Source: Callorhinchus milii (taxonomy: Eukaryota). Taken from it: 64,000 bases of DNA. Positions 51,251 to 63,674 of this stretch are shown in pieces. Each line of letters starts with the position of its first letter. The stretch's first letter is position 1. The stretch is taken from contig NW_024704743.1 of NCBI RefSeq assembly GCF_018977255.1, positions 5,024,001-5,088,000 on the forward strand. The letters run 5' to 3'. The notes beneath the pieces are model-generated. The model searched no databases. It was not told where the DNA came from and saw only the letters and a list, made by a program, of their open reading frames with translations. The position numbers and the translations under genes were made by a program.

Positions 51251-52626
51251 TTCTAAATAATTGATAAAAAATGTTTTTCAGTAAAACTCCCCCAAAAATC
51301 GCACGGGGGTGTAAATAAAACTCAGGTGACGTCCGTACGTCAACATGTTCCATTTCGAGTGAGTATGTGAGTATATCTTCTATTCTCCAGTTCGCTAAAA
51401 ATTGCCACATGAATAATTATTGGGAATTAATTTGGATATCAGAAGACAGCAGGTCTGGATCGCTGTCAACTTGAGTGAAAAGAATTATTTGCTCCCAACC
51501 TCAAACTGGATGTTAAGTATAAGATGATTGACAAGGATGAAGAGAAACTAGACAGCTTTCAGCAAAGTCTCATTTGTAAAGAGCCAGGTGGAACCATTTG
51601 ATTCGAGCCCGCAGAGATGGTTTCCTAACCCCCCACCGAGGGCTTTTGACAAGACTTTGCAATTTTTTGAATGATCGCTGTGTAAGAATGCAGCAAGCTA
51701 CTGGAAGATAGTCCTTGCGTCAATAGAATTGAGGATTGCTCCGCATAAACTTTGCTATGAAAAGCTGCAAGATTTAGGAAAAGCTGTTTGAAACCGGATT
51801 ATTATTTCCCCAGCGTGGGCCTGGAGTGTTGGGTAGAATAACATAGTTTTGAAAAGAGTCATTTTGGAGGGGAACTTCCAGAGGTATGTACAAAGTTTGC
51901 AGATGACACAAAAATAGGGAGTGTGGCTAACGGTGAAGAACACTGTGAGCAATCTAAGGAATCCCTTCGCCTTGCTCCCTCCCTCGCCTCCTTTAAGGCC
52001 AATCTCAAAACCCTCCTCTTCGACCGTGCTTTCGGTCATTCTCCTACTCCTACACTCCCTGCCCTCCACACATCTCCTGATCCCAAACCCCAGCTCGGGA
52101 CCAAATCCCTGACTGTCCAGCGCCTTGAGACGTCTTCCCGACGTGGAAGGCCCTATACAAATTTACTTTGTTGTTGTTTTTGACATAGGAAGACTGGTAG
52201 ATTGGACAGAGAGACAACAGATTTTGAATAGATTATTATTCCTAGAAAAGTGATCCGCCAATCGACAAAATAATGCTGAGAGAATTATCAATTCTCAATG
52301 TGTCCATGAGATGGGTGCAACCAGAAAGTGAGACAATTACCATTTTAGTACGTGACTCACCCTTCCTAAAATAACATAATATAATGATGTCGCACCTTAT
52401 TAAGCCATCGAGACATCTCAAAGGGCTTTATGGGATATACTACTAAGTGGAGTTCCTGTGCATTTTGTGGGCGAAAACCATGGAGTATAAAACCAACAAG
52501 GTGGTGCTTTAACTTGAATAACGTATCAGTTAGATTACAGTTAGAGAGTTTTGTGTCCAGTTTCGGTAATCGCACTTTAGGAAAGGATGACAGTTCCATC
52601 AAGAGGAGACTTACTTACTAATCTGA

Positions 52627-54090
52627 TATCACACCCCTCCTCAAAAAACCCTCGATCCCTCTAATTTCTCACACTACCATCCCATCTCCAACCTACCCTT
52701 TCTTACCAAATCCTGGTCAACTTTGGTCACACCTTTCCCTCCATTCCCTCCTTGAGCCCCTGCAGACTGGTTTTCGGCCTGACTGCCCACAGCGCAGAGA
52801 CAGCGCTTGTCAAAGTCACAAACAACATTCTCTCTATCTGTGACCAGGGCTCCCCCTGCCTCCTTGTCCTCCTGGATCTCTCTGCCTCGTTTGACACAGT
52901 CGACCATGCCGTCCTCCTCCACCGCCTCTCCTCATCCACCTTAGTGGGACCTCACTCACATGGTTCGATTCCTACTTAACCAACCGCCTCCATTTCATCG
53001 CAACAAATGGTTTCTCCTGCCACCCCCACCCAGTTATCTGTGGGGTACCCCAGGGCTCCATCCTTGGCCCTCTTCTTTTCCTTATCTATATGCTCCCTCT
53101 GGGCGATGTCATTCTCAGAAATGGGGTAAACTTCTACATGTATGCGGATGACACACAAATCTACTTTGCCTCCTCCAGTACCAACTCCAGGTCAGCTGAT
53201 GTTCGATCAGTTTGTCTGGTAGACATCAAGGCCTGGATGAGTGTAAACTTCCTGCATCTGAATGTGGACAAGAAGGAAGCCATAATCCTTGGCTCCCATC
53301 AATGTCTTCGCTCCTGCGGATCTGAACTCCTCAACCTCCCTGGGCTCTCCCTCACACTCACCGAACCAGTGTGCAATCTAGGCATCCGGTTCGAGCCACA
53401 GATATCCTTCCTCCCCCATATCCGGTCCCTGACCAGGACCGCCTTCTTCCACCTCCGCCACATTGCCCACCTCCGACTGTACCTTACCCCAAATGCAGCC
53501 CAATCCCTTGTGCATGTGTTTGTCACCTCCCGTCTGGGTTACTCGAACGCATTCCTCACCGGTCTCACAAGCTCCACTATTCAAAAGATTCAGCTCATTC
53601 AAAACTCTGCTGCCCGCATACTGACCTGGACCTAACTCCGTACCCAGATCTCACCAGTTCTGGCCCAGACTCCACTGGCTCCCCATCACCGAATGGATCG
53701 ACTTCAGGATCCTCACACTCATGTTCAAATCCCTTCACTTCCTGGCTCTTCCCATCCTCTCCAACCTCCTCACTCCTCAATCCACCACCCGTGCCTCCGT
53801 TCGACTGGCACTGACTCCTGCTCATCCTTCGCACCCTCCACCCCAACATTGGAGGTCGTACTTTCAGCCACTATGCCCCAAAACTCTGGAACACTCTTCC
53901 TCAATCCCTTCGCCTTGCCCCCCCTCTCCCCCCTTTCAAGTCCTGCCCGAAAACTTTCCTTTTCGACCTTGCTTACGGCTATCTCCCCAGCCCCTTTGGC
54001 TCGGAGTCAGGTTCCGCCACTGTTAAGCGCTCTGAGATACTACCCTGCGTGGAGGGCGATATATAAGTGCCAGGAAAGGTTGTTGTTGTC
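52627..54090 (+). mobile_element. L2 LINE (subfamily B), ~1.5 kb, decayed RT
   Basis: HSAETALVKVTNNI, LLDLSASFDTVDH, GVPQGSILGP, MYADDTQIY, SRLGYSNAFL; B-type tail. Confidence 0.92.
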
Positions 54091-54262
54091 GCTGTTGTTT
54101 TGACCGACAAGCAGAGACTGGAGAAACTGGGCCGATGTCCACTGAGAGCAGTGCGAAGAGATTGTTAGCAAAAGGGAGATGAGATGGATTTTTTTTTACA
54201 CACACTGGGACCAGTTAGGAGGTGGAACTGTCCTGCATCAACAACTGATCACTGTGCAAATA

Positions 54263-54349
54263 CCCATTGCTGCCACCTAGAGCCTCTCGCTGCCACTTAG
54301 TGCCCATCACTGCAACTTGGTGCCCAGCACTGCCACCTAGAGCCCATTG
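54263..54349. repeat. 20-bp minisatellite, ~4.3 copies (CCATTGCTGCCACCTAGAGC)
   Basis: Period 20 visible directly. Confidence 0.85.
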
Positions 54350-54429
54350 AATGGCAGGTTTAATGATAATAATAATAATAATCCTTGCATTTGATGTGAC
54401 GCCTTGTCACGTCTTACAGAATATACTGT

Positions 54430-54646
54430 AATAATAATAATAATCCTTGCATTTGATATAGCGCTTTTCACGTCGGGAGGACGTCCCAAAGCGCTTCACA
54501 GAACACACTGTAAAGTGAATTGACTGTATATTTGTGGGCGAACGCGGCAGCCAATTGCGCACAGCAATGTCCCACAAACAGTCGTAGATTGAAAATGACC
54601 AATTTATTATTGTTTTGGGTTTTGGAGCGATTATTATTAGGCGTGT
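54430..54646 (-). mobile_element. Young short SINE, 5'-truncated, nested in an older SINE
   Basis: Nearly identical to the 3' part of the 56687 copy. Confidence 0.85.
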
Positions 54647-54894
54647 AAAGTGGAGTGACTGTAGACAGCGCAATTGCGCAAAGTGACATTCCACAAAAAA
54701 ATTGTAGATTGAGTGACCAAAATTCATTCAGGTTTCAGGGTAGGTCAGAGCAGGCAACATGGAAGCACAAGCTATTTAATTAACCCAGACAATCGCGGAG
54801 CTGACTCCAGCCCGCCATGTCCTGCGTCTATTGCACTGTTGCAGAACCTCTGAGTGGTTTAGTTCCCTTTTCAGCGAGATTGTCTGTGGCTCCG

Positions 54895-55292
54895 ACAACA
54901 ACAACAACAAATTACATTTATAGAGTGCTTTTCACTTCGGGAGGACGTCCCAAAGCGCTGAACAGTCAGGTGTCGGAGCCCGAGCATGGAGGAGGGGTGG
55001 TGTTGGGGTGAGGGAAGGCAGAGAGGTGGGAGGGCGACCAAAGGCACGGTCGAAGAGGAGGGTCTTGAGACCGGCCTTGAAGGAGGCGAGGGAGAAAGTG
55101 AGGCGAAGGGACCGTGGGATGGAGTTCCAGAGTGTGGGGGCAGAGAGGCTGAAAGCCCGGCCACCGTTGGTAGGGCGGGAGACATGGAGCAGCCCGGAGC
55201 CCGATGAACGGAGGGAGCGGGCAGGTTGGTAGGGAGTCAGCAGGTCAGAGAGGAAGGAGGGGGCAAGGCCATGGATGGTCTTGAAAGTGAAA
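54895..55292 (-). mobile_element. L2 LINE 3' fragment (subfamily A)
   Basis: Reverse complement of the ORF2 end and tail. Confidence 0.85.
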
Positions 55293-56686
55293 GTGACAAT
55301 GAAAGGAGCAGGGCGGCAGGCTGGTGTGTGGGATTATACTACAGGGACCTGAAGCTCCGACTGGGTGGGTTGGGAAGAAGGGAAAGGAAAAGATGAGGAA
55401 AGAAAGGTGCAATGAAGGGAAGCAGAATCCTTATATTATGCAGCACAGGGAGACTCCGTGACTCCAGTATCAGGATTCAAATGAAAAATAGCTGCAACCG
55501 TTTGTTCATCAATCATATATTCATATGCTCTAATATGTATATACTTATTGTAATAAATGTTAGTTCACATTGAACACTACTAATGGCAGTGATAATTAAC
55601 CTCGGTGTGAAATTAATGGCAGCATAAAATTTAGCAAACCCCAATTTTTTACTGCAGGATTTCTATGGATGCAATCCTGATGGAATATTTCTTAAACTGA
55701 TCATTCACTGAAAGTTTAAACCATGAATTGAGTAAATTTCGGAGGTGAAAAACCCTGCTATTTGACCTGCCGACTGGGCATTTATTTAGAAAGACAACTT
55801 GTCACTGAATTGACAAGAAATAGCAGAGAAGACTCTGAGAATTCCCTGGACCCAGTGCGGCTAAGCTGCAGGGCTTGATGTAACTTTAATGAATGGGGTC
55901 TCATAATAACACACCACAGGCTTACCGAGCATCAAACAGTTCATCCGATAAGGTAAGTTCTTTCTCCAACTGGGAGAAGCCAGAACAAAATGTTAGTCAA
56001 GATGAGCTAAAGCAAGGTTATTTATCCAGAAAACATTCCTTCTCTAAAGGGGTTGCCAACCTCCAGAACAACTTGCATTCATATAACGCCCCTCCCTCAT
56101 GCACCGGTAGCATCCCAGAACACTTATCAATGGCAGAGCACGACACTGAGCCGGGGGTGGGGGGAGGGAGGTGACCGTAAGCACGGTCGAAGAGGAAGGT
56201 CCTCAGGCGTGACCTGAAGATGGTGAAGGAGGGGGCAAGTCAGCGGGATTGAGGGAAAGTAATCCAGAGTGTTGGGGCGTAGTGGCTCAAAAAGCGCGGC
56301 CACCAATGGTGGAACGGAGGGCTTGAGGGACATGCAGGAGGCTAGAAGGTTAGAACCCATTGCCCCAGAAGATTGATAGATGCTAAATCAACTGAGATGG
56401 AGATAGAGAGAGAGAGAGCGAGAGAGAGAGAGAGAGAGAGAGAGACAGATCACAAGATTATGTTTGGATGAAGAAGGCTTTACCTATCTGATCTCATCCT
56501 ATCAGAACACCTACCCTAATGTCCTCCCATCACAGCATCAAGCTACTTTTTCAATGAGTTCAGCGTCCTGGTCTCTACCACCTTTGCTGGCAAACTTTCA
56601 GTCGTTACTTGCCCACTGGGTAAAGAAAATACTTGGAATTTACAGCTTTTATTATTGATAAGAATAATAATAATAATTATAATTAT

Positions 56687-57014
56687 GTGGAGTCCTGTAG
56701 CTCAGTGGTTAGAGCACTCGCTTTGCAAGCGAGAGACCTGAGTTCAATTCCAGGCAGAGGGCGAAACCTTGGGCAAGTTTCCTTACTCCACACGGAGCCT
56801 AATAATAATCCCTCCAAAAACAAAAACAATAATAAATTGGTCATTTTCAATCTACGACTGTTTGTGGGACATTGCTGTGCACAATTGGCTGCCGCGTTCG
56901 CCCACAAATATACAGTCAATTCACTTTACAGTGTGTTCTGTGAAGCGCTTTGGGACGTCCTCCCGACGTGAAAAGCGCTATATCAAATGCAAGGATTATT
57001 ATTATTATTATTAT
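56687..57014 (+). mobile_element. Young CORE/Deu SINE, short form, best-preserved copy
   Basis: A box TAGCTCAGTGG, anticodon-like arm CTCGC-TTTGCAA-GCGAG (TGC, Ala-like), B box GTTCAATTCC, CORE 5' half, tail stem-loop, (ATT)n. Confidence 0.92.
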
Positions 57015-57974
57015 AATCCTTGCATTTCATCGAGTACCTTATCAAGTCATTGAGACACCTCAAAGCACTTCACAGAATACACTGTAAAATGAATTGACTG
57101 TATATTTTGTGGGACCTCGGTTTAACAACTCATCCAAAAGGTAGCAACTCCAACAAGGTGGCACACCCCAAGCACTGCATTGTAGTGTGAGCCTAGACCA
57201 TACGAGTTCCAAGTCCTGATGTGGGCTGATGAACTCACAACCCTCTGACTCAGAGGTGAGAGTTGACAAGTAAGCCAGGTTGACATTCACTTTCTGACAA
57301 GCTTCCTACTGATTACCCAAATAGGACCACCCCTTGTACTGTCATGGTGTAATCCTAAAGTATTGGGATTACCTTTTCAATCTGTTTAAAATGTTATACG
57401 TCTCCGTGAGGTCATCTCTGAGACGGAGGATTATGAACTGGATTGCATGTGATATTTCAGGAGCTGCTCTGATATCATTGCAGGCCATTTCATCAAAAGT
57501 TATTATGATATTAGCAAGTGACCTGGATTTCTTTATTCGATGAGACGATTATTCCAGCTTCTCTGGTTTGAGATGGATGTATTTGCAAATATTAATAACC
57601 ATTTTAAAGAGTAGCAGGGCTATTTCCAGGAACAAGATAAACTGTGCAACGTTGCGTTATCCAAAAAGCTTAAAAAGGGATCCGATTAGCATTTAAAAAA
57701 ATACGGGTATAATAATGTCTTTAGCGTATCCCAACTGAAACACTTGAATCTGCATCAATTAGCTCCTCCAAAAAACAAACTGGAAAAGCATTTGTTTAAA
57801 AACCGAACCGGAAGATATTATTATAATAACAAGCCTTACATTTGCTATAGCGCCTTTCACATCAGGAGGATGTCTCAAAGTGCTTCAAAGGATTTACCGT
57901 AAAGTGCAGTGACCTTTGGGCAAACACGCCACCCATTTATGCACAGCAATGTCCCAGAAACTAGAATATTGTGC

Positions 57975-58432
57975 GCTGTTTTGGTCTCCTTATTTAAAAA
58001 AAGGACATACTCCTGCAGCGTAGATTCACTAGGTTGGTTCCTGGAAGGGGGGGTTTGACCCATGAGGATCGGTTGAGTAAACAAGGCCTATATTCTCTAG
58101 AATATAGAAGAATTAGAGGTGATCTTATAGAAACCTATAAGATTATTAAGGGTCTTGACAGGGTCGATGCCATGAGACTGTTTCCCCTGGTTGGAGAATC
58201 TAAAACTAGGGGGTCATAGTCTCAAGCTTAAGGCTCAGCCTTTTCGAACTGAGTTGAGGAAATATTTTTTCACTCAGAGGGTAATGAATTTATGGAATTC
58301 TCTACGCCAGAAGGCTGTGGATGCTCAGCCCTTGAACATATTCAAGACTGAGGTTGATAGGTTTCTAAAGGATAGAGGAATTAAGGGATTATGGAGATAG
58401 GCCTACTCCTGCTCCTAAGTGTTATGGTCTTA
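57975..58432 (+). mobile_element. CR1 LINE 3' end
   Basis: GLYSLEYRRIRGDLIETYKIIKGLDRVD...RKYFFTQRVMNLWNSL..FKTEVDRFL. Confidence 0.88.
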
Positions 58433-58734
58433 AACAGCCACAAAGTGAATGTCAGATTTATATAAGGGTAGCCAAGAAATGATATAATAATGATAATAAT
58501 ACTTGGATTTGATACAGTGCATTATCACATTGTTGAGACATCTCAAAGCGCTTCAAAGAATATGCTGTAAAGTGGATTGACTATTTTGTTAGCGAAACTC
58601 GGCAGCCAATTGAGCACAGCAATTATTATTATTATTATTTAATTGTTATTATTAATTATTACTGATATGAAAAATACATGGTTGCCTTGCTTCAAAATGC
58701 TGTAGCTGTGGCTTGCGTTGCCCACAGAATCCAC

Positions 58735-59255
58735 TATCCATGGTGCTCAGTAGTCAGGCCTGGACAGTCTTGGTAAGAGCTTCTATTAAAGGTTTTCTGG
58801 TCTTATAAATGCCCACTGCTTCTGTCCTTTACATAGAGGGCAATTGACAGTTGGAATTGATTACCAGGAAGGCTTCGCTGTTGGTAGGGATTCTTTCCAC
58901 TCGGCTCCTGTTAACCCGACAAGCCAAAGTATTAACTGATAGGTTGGTCCCAGCTGGACAAGCAGCAGCAAGCTTGCCAGATAGTACTTCATTGGCAAGG
59001 TATTCGGTTTCAAATCATTAAACACCGCAGAACCCCAACATACACCCTGGGAATCCCAAGCTTTTGCTTTCATCAAACTGCACCTCACACTCTCCGGAAT
59101 TAGGTACGAGTGCCTCTAGGGAGAAAGTGTGCATTCCATTCCACACAGGACAGTTTCCATGTGTCGGTGGAATACATATGCAGAAGTCTCAGTCTGATCT
59201 GGGTACTTTTAAGCATTGTGCAGGGTTGCTGAACCTGTCAGACACCTGCTGACCA
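58735..59255 (+). repeat. Unclassified interspersed repeat, copy B
   Basis: Aligns by eye with copies A and C. Confidence 0.7.
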
Positions 59256-60614
59256 AAAACAGTCAATAGAGCCCTAGGATATACCAACTTACAACCCCAG
59301 GATAAACCAAATTGGCAGATCTAGGACTCTGGATGGGGCAAATCGCTTACCTGAAGAGGGGTGCCACCAACAAGTGTCACGTATATAAGGAATGGAACAT
59401 ATTTATGAATATTGCAAATTTTACCCCCATAGAAATTATAATATTCCTATAATAATAATCCTTGTATTTGATATAACGCCTTATCATTGTCATTGAGCCA
59501 TCTCACAGCGTTCCACAGAATATACTGTACAGTGAATTGACTGTATATTTTGTGGATGAAACGCGGCAGCCAATTGCACACAGCAGCGTCCCACAAACAG
59601 TCGTGGATTGAGTGACCAATTTTTTTTTAAGGGATTGTAACCATCAACGCAGAAGATGACATTGATTCAGCCCATTTTGCCGATGCCACTCTACCTCTGT
59701 GTTTTTTTAATAAGTTGCCCTTTTTATTATTCCGACTTTCCAGCTTTTTCACAAGAATAGTTCGGATGAACAAGGCCCATCCGATCTCATCCCTCGAGAA
59801 CACCCATCCAACCACTTTCCCATCATAGCATCAAGCTTCGTGTTTTAAAGGAGTCCCAGTGTCCTGGCCTCAGCACTCTTCCTAATAAACTATTCCAGTC
59901 ATTAATTACCCTCTGGGTAAAGAAAAACTTCCCGAAATTGCCCTTCGCAACTCTTTAATCATTTTATCCTCTTGTACTGCTGGCTAGGTGCAAACTGAAG
60001 TATTTATCTGTGTTTACTCTTTCAATCCCATTTAGATGTCTCCTCTCGAGACAGATCCTCACATCCCTTCATTGATTGCGATGTGGAGCTCCTTCCTGAC
60101 GGGGAGGTTCACCAAGCGATACAGCCCGCCACAACACTTTATGGCAGTGAAATTCCATTCAAGTTGGGAAATGGAGGAAGGAACAGACAGTCACTGCAGT
60201 TCACAGAGACAGTTAGATTGTTGTGTACATTATTAACTGGTGAGAAAACACAAAGCGTATCGAGGGGAATGAACTTGTTTTCAGTTTCTTAATTTTCTTG
60301 GAAACCACAGGGCTTTAATCCACTTAGAGATGTAATAAAAGTGCTGGCCATTCACATGCTTCAGGTTATTGACTTTTATCAGTTCAAAAAAAAACCCGAA
60401 GTAAACTTGTGAACACTTGCCAGACTGAATTTAGAGCACACTGGAAAGGATTTGCCTGATTGCCATTTGAGGTGCGGGCGGGCAGTTTAAAGAATTTGAT
60501 GTATTTCGGATACAAACGATTTGTTTTATTGCGTTTAATCTTTGCCCACAAGGGGTTGGCATCCAAACTGCAGTCCGTCTACCGGTCCCTCCGTCTGTCT
60601 ATTCGTCCGGGGGA

Positions 60615-60844
60615 ATTATTTTAAAATTAGAGCCAGGAGTGAAATCAGGAAGCATTTTTTCACGCCAAGGCTAGTGGAAATCTGGGACTCTCCCCCAAAA
60701 GGCTGTGGATGCCGGACGCATTCACATTTTCAAGACTGAGTTGGGTAGATATTTGTTAGGTCAGGGCATCAAGGGATATGGAGCAAAGACAGGTAATTGG
60801 AGTTGAGGTGCAGATCAGCCACAATCTAATAGAATGGCAGAACA
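60615..60844 (+). mobile_element. CR1 LINE 3' end
   Basis: KIRARSEIRKHFFTPRLVEIWDS and 3' UTR. Confidence 0.8.
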
Positions 60845-61069
60845 TTGTCGGTCTGCCTGCCCCCACCGTCACCGTTAGTGCTGGCAGACATCAACCATTG
60901 TGGGTGAACTACTCTAATAATAAAACCGAACTCACGTAGTCTAGGTTGACAAGGCGGGGCTGGGGGTATGCGTCTGTGTCCTTCAGGTGAGTCTTTAGGT
61001 GAGTTGTGAGGTGGCGTCTTTCAGGTGAGTCGTTAAATCTAGGTCTCGGATCATGTTCAGCTTGGAGTT

Positions 61070-61590
61070 AGAAACAGGAGGAGGCCATTCAGCCCCTCGA
61101 GCCTGTTCCGCCATTCTATAAGATCATGGCTGATCTGTACTTTAAGTTCAATTACCTGAGCTCAACCAGACCTAACAAATAGCTCCTCTGACCTAAAAAA
61201 TAGCTATTTACCTCAGTCTTGAAGATGTGAATGGATCCAGCATCCACAGCCTTTTGAGGGAGAGAGTGTTCCAGATTTCCCCTGCTCTTTGGGTGAAAAA
61301 CTGCCTCCTAATTTCACTCCTAAATGGCCAAGCTCTAATTTTAATCTGCCCCCTTTTTCTGCCCCCTTGATTAAAAACCTCAATCAGATCATCCCTCAAC
61401 CTTCTAAACGCAAGGGAATAGAGACCAAGTTTATGCAACCTGTCCTCATAAGTTAACCCTTTTCAGCCCTGGTATCATTCTGGTGAATCTGCGATGCACC
61501 CCCTCCAGGGCCAATATATCCTTCCTGAGGTGCGCTGCCCAAAACTGAACGCAGTACTCCAGATGGGGTCTGACCAAGGCTCTATAGAGT
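61070..61590 (-). mobile_element. CR1 LINE 3' end
   Basis: KLGLYSLAFRRLRDDLIEVF...RSEIRRQFFTQR; tail GAATGGCCTCCTCCTGTTTCT. Confidence 0.85.
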
Positions 61591-61849
61591 TAAAGATCCC
61601 ATGGCACTACTTGAAAAGAGACAGGAGTTTCTCCCAGTGACCTGGCCAAGGAAACCCTAAAAATGATTGCCACATTCGCCCAACAAAATACACAAAAACA
61701 GACACTGTATCAAATGTAACAATTATTTTAATCTTTGTATGTGACATAGTATCTGTACATCAGAAGGTCTCAAAGTACTTCACAGGATATACGGTAAAAT
61801 GTAGTGACTATCTGTTTTGTAGCCTAGTTATAAAACAGGGAACAAGTTA

Positions 61850-62710
61850 ACCTAACAGCATGTAGAATGACCAAAAACAAAGGATCCATATAGATTAAGA
61901 AGTTGGCCTGACAGGTGGCAAATATCATTTAACGTGGACAAGTCCGGATAAGATAAGAATGGGGAATTAGACTGAACAGTGGGAGTATAAGATGAATGGT
62001 ATTAGTGTGTAGGATACAATACAGAACAGATTGTAGGTTTCCCCTACTTCTCAGGGATAGATCTATCCATTGCTGTATGATGCTGCCTTTATGCGAGACA
62101 GATTGTACACGACTAATCTATCGGAGTTCTCTGAAAAGATAACGGAGATTGTGGACAAGGGGAACTCACGGCATTGCATTTACTTTTTAGCAAAGATATT
62201 ACAGAGCTGCACAGGATGTCGGTTCACAAGGTTGGAAGCCACACAATAGTGGAAGCATCTGAAGTGGATTGAAAATTGGCTAGATCATAAGAAACAATGG
62301 ATGTGCATGTCATGAAGGGAGATAACTGTCCCGGAAACATAAGAGATCAGTGCCAGGGCCAGTGTTAATTACTCCGTATGTAGCTCATTTGGAATATTGG
62401 GTAGAAAGCAAGCTGTCTGATTCCAAATTGGCAAGAGTTGCAAATAACAGGAAACAGCCTGACCAAATACTAAAAACATACAAATAGATTAAGAAGTCAG
62501 GCTGACAGTTGGCAAATGTCATTTAACGTGGACGAATGTAGAGGGATGAGGTTTGGGCAGAAAAATAAACAATGTGAATATAAAGTGAAGGCTATTAGTA
62601 TACAGGGAACATGACAGTACATGAGAGGGGTTGGCGGGGTGGGGAGACTGGAGGATAAATCACTGAAACGAACAGCACAGATGGAGGCAACGGTAAGAAA
62701 AAACAAGATC
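61850..62710 (+). mobile_element. Old CR1 RT fragments
   Basis: Two decayed copies of W(A/P)DxWQ(M/I)SFNVD and TNLxEFxE motifs. Confidence 0.6.
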
Positions 62711-63282
62711 TCACATTAGAACATAGGAACAGGAGGAGACTATCAAGCTTGTTCCACCGGTTTACTAGATCTTGGCAGATCTTCTAATCCCAATGCCTCG
62801 CCCCTTTACCAAACTGCTTAATACCTTCACTACCCAAGTATCTGTCTGTTTCTCTTTTAAACACCCTGATTGAATCTACCTCAACAGTTTCTGAGGGCAG
62901 AGTGATTCACCTTTCACAGTGTGAAGACATCCTTCCTGACCTCAGTTCTAAGCACCTCTACGCAGGGGAGACATCACAAAACACTTCACACAGAACTTAC
63001 TGTAAAGCGCAGTGACTGTATATTTTTTGTAAGCAAGCACGGCAACCAATATGAGGTGAATGACAAATTTAATTTGAGGGATTGTTCACCGTAACGTAAG
63101 GAGAAACTGCCGTATCTTTTCAAATAGAATAGTGAATGGGATTTTTAATATCCAGCTGATATCCATCAGGCAGGCAGGATGTCAGTTCAACATCTCATCC
63201 AAAGGATAACATTCAGCACTGCAATGTCAGCCTAAGCTATGCGAGTTGAAATGTGGGGGCTTTAACAAACAACCTTCTAAGC

Positions 63283-63674
63283 CCTCCATGGCCTTGCTCC
63301 CCCCTACCTCTGGGACCTCCAACCCCCTACCATCCTGCTCGCTCCCTCCGCTCAGCGGGCTCCAGCCTGCTTCACGTCCCCCATCTCGCTCACCCCACTA
63401 TTGGCAGGCGGGACTTCCGCCAGTCTGCCCCCACCCTCTGGAACTCCATCCCGCAGTCCCTCCACCTCGCCCCCCTCCCTCACCACCTTCAAGACCCATC
63501 TCAAGACCCTCCTCTTCGACCGTGGTTTCGATCTCCCGGCTTCCCCCCCCCTGCCCTCCACCCTCCCCGACCCCGACCCCCAGCTCGAGCTCGTAACTCT
63601 GTCTGTCCAGCACCTTGGGACGTCCTCCCAATTTGAAAGGCGCTATGCAAATGTAATTTTGTTGTTGTTGTTGT
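63283..63674 (+). mobile_element. L2 LINE 3' fragment (subfamily A) inserted into the head of an antisense Deu SINE
   Basis: SINE sequence ...CAACCTTCT| resumes as CTCAGAGGCAAGAG after the (GTT)n tail. Confidence 0.85.

Noticed and set aside
56687..56760. tRNA-Ala(TGC) gene
   Set aside because: The acceptor stem does not pair and the sequence runs into a SINE body; this is a SINE head, as at all other copies
40906..57053. Recurrent ORFs such as [34 protein letters not shown]
   Set aside because: Translations of the non-coding SINE body, not a protein family
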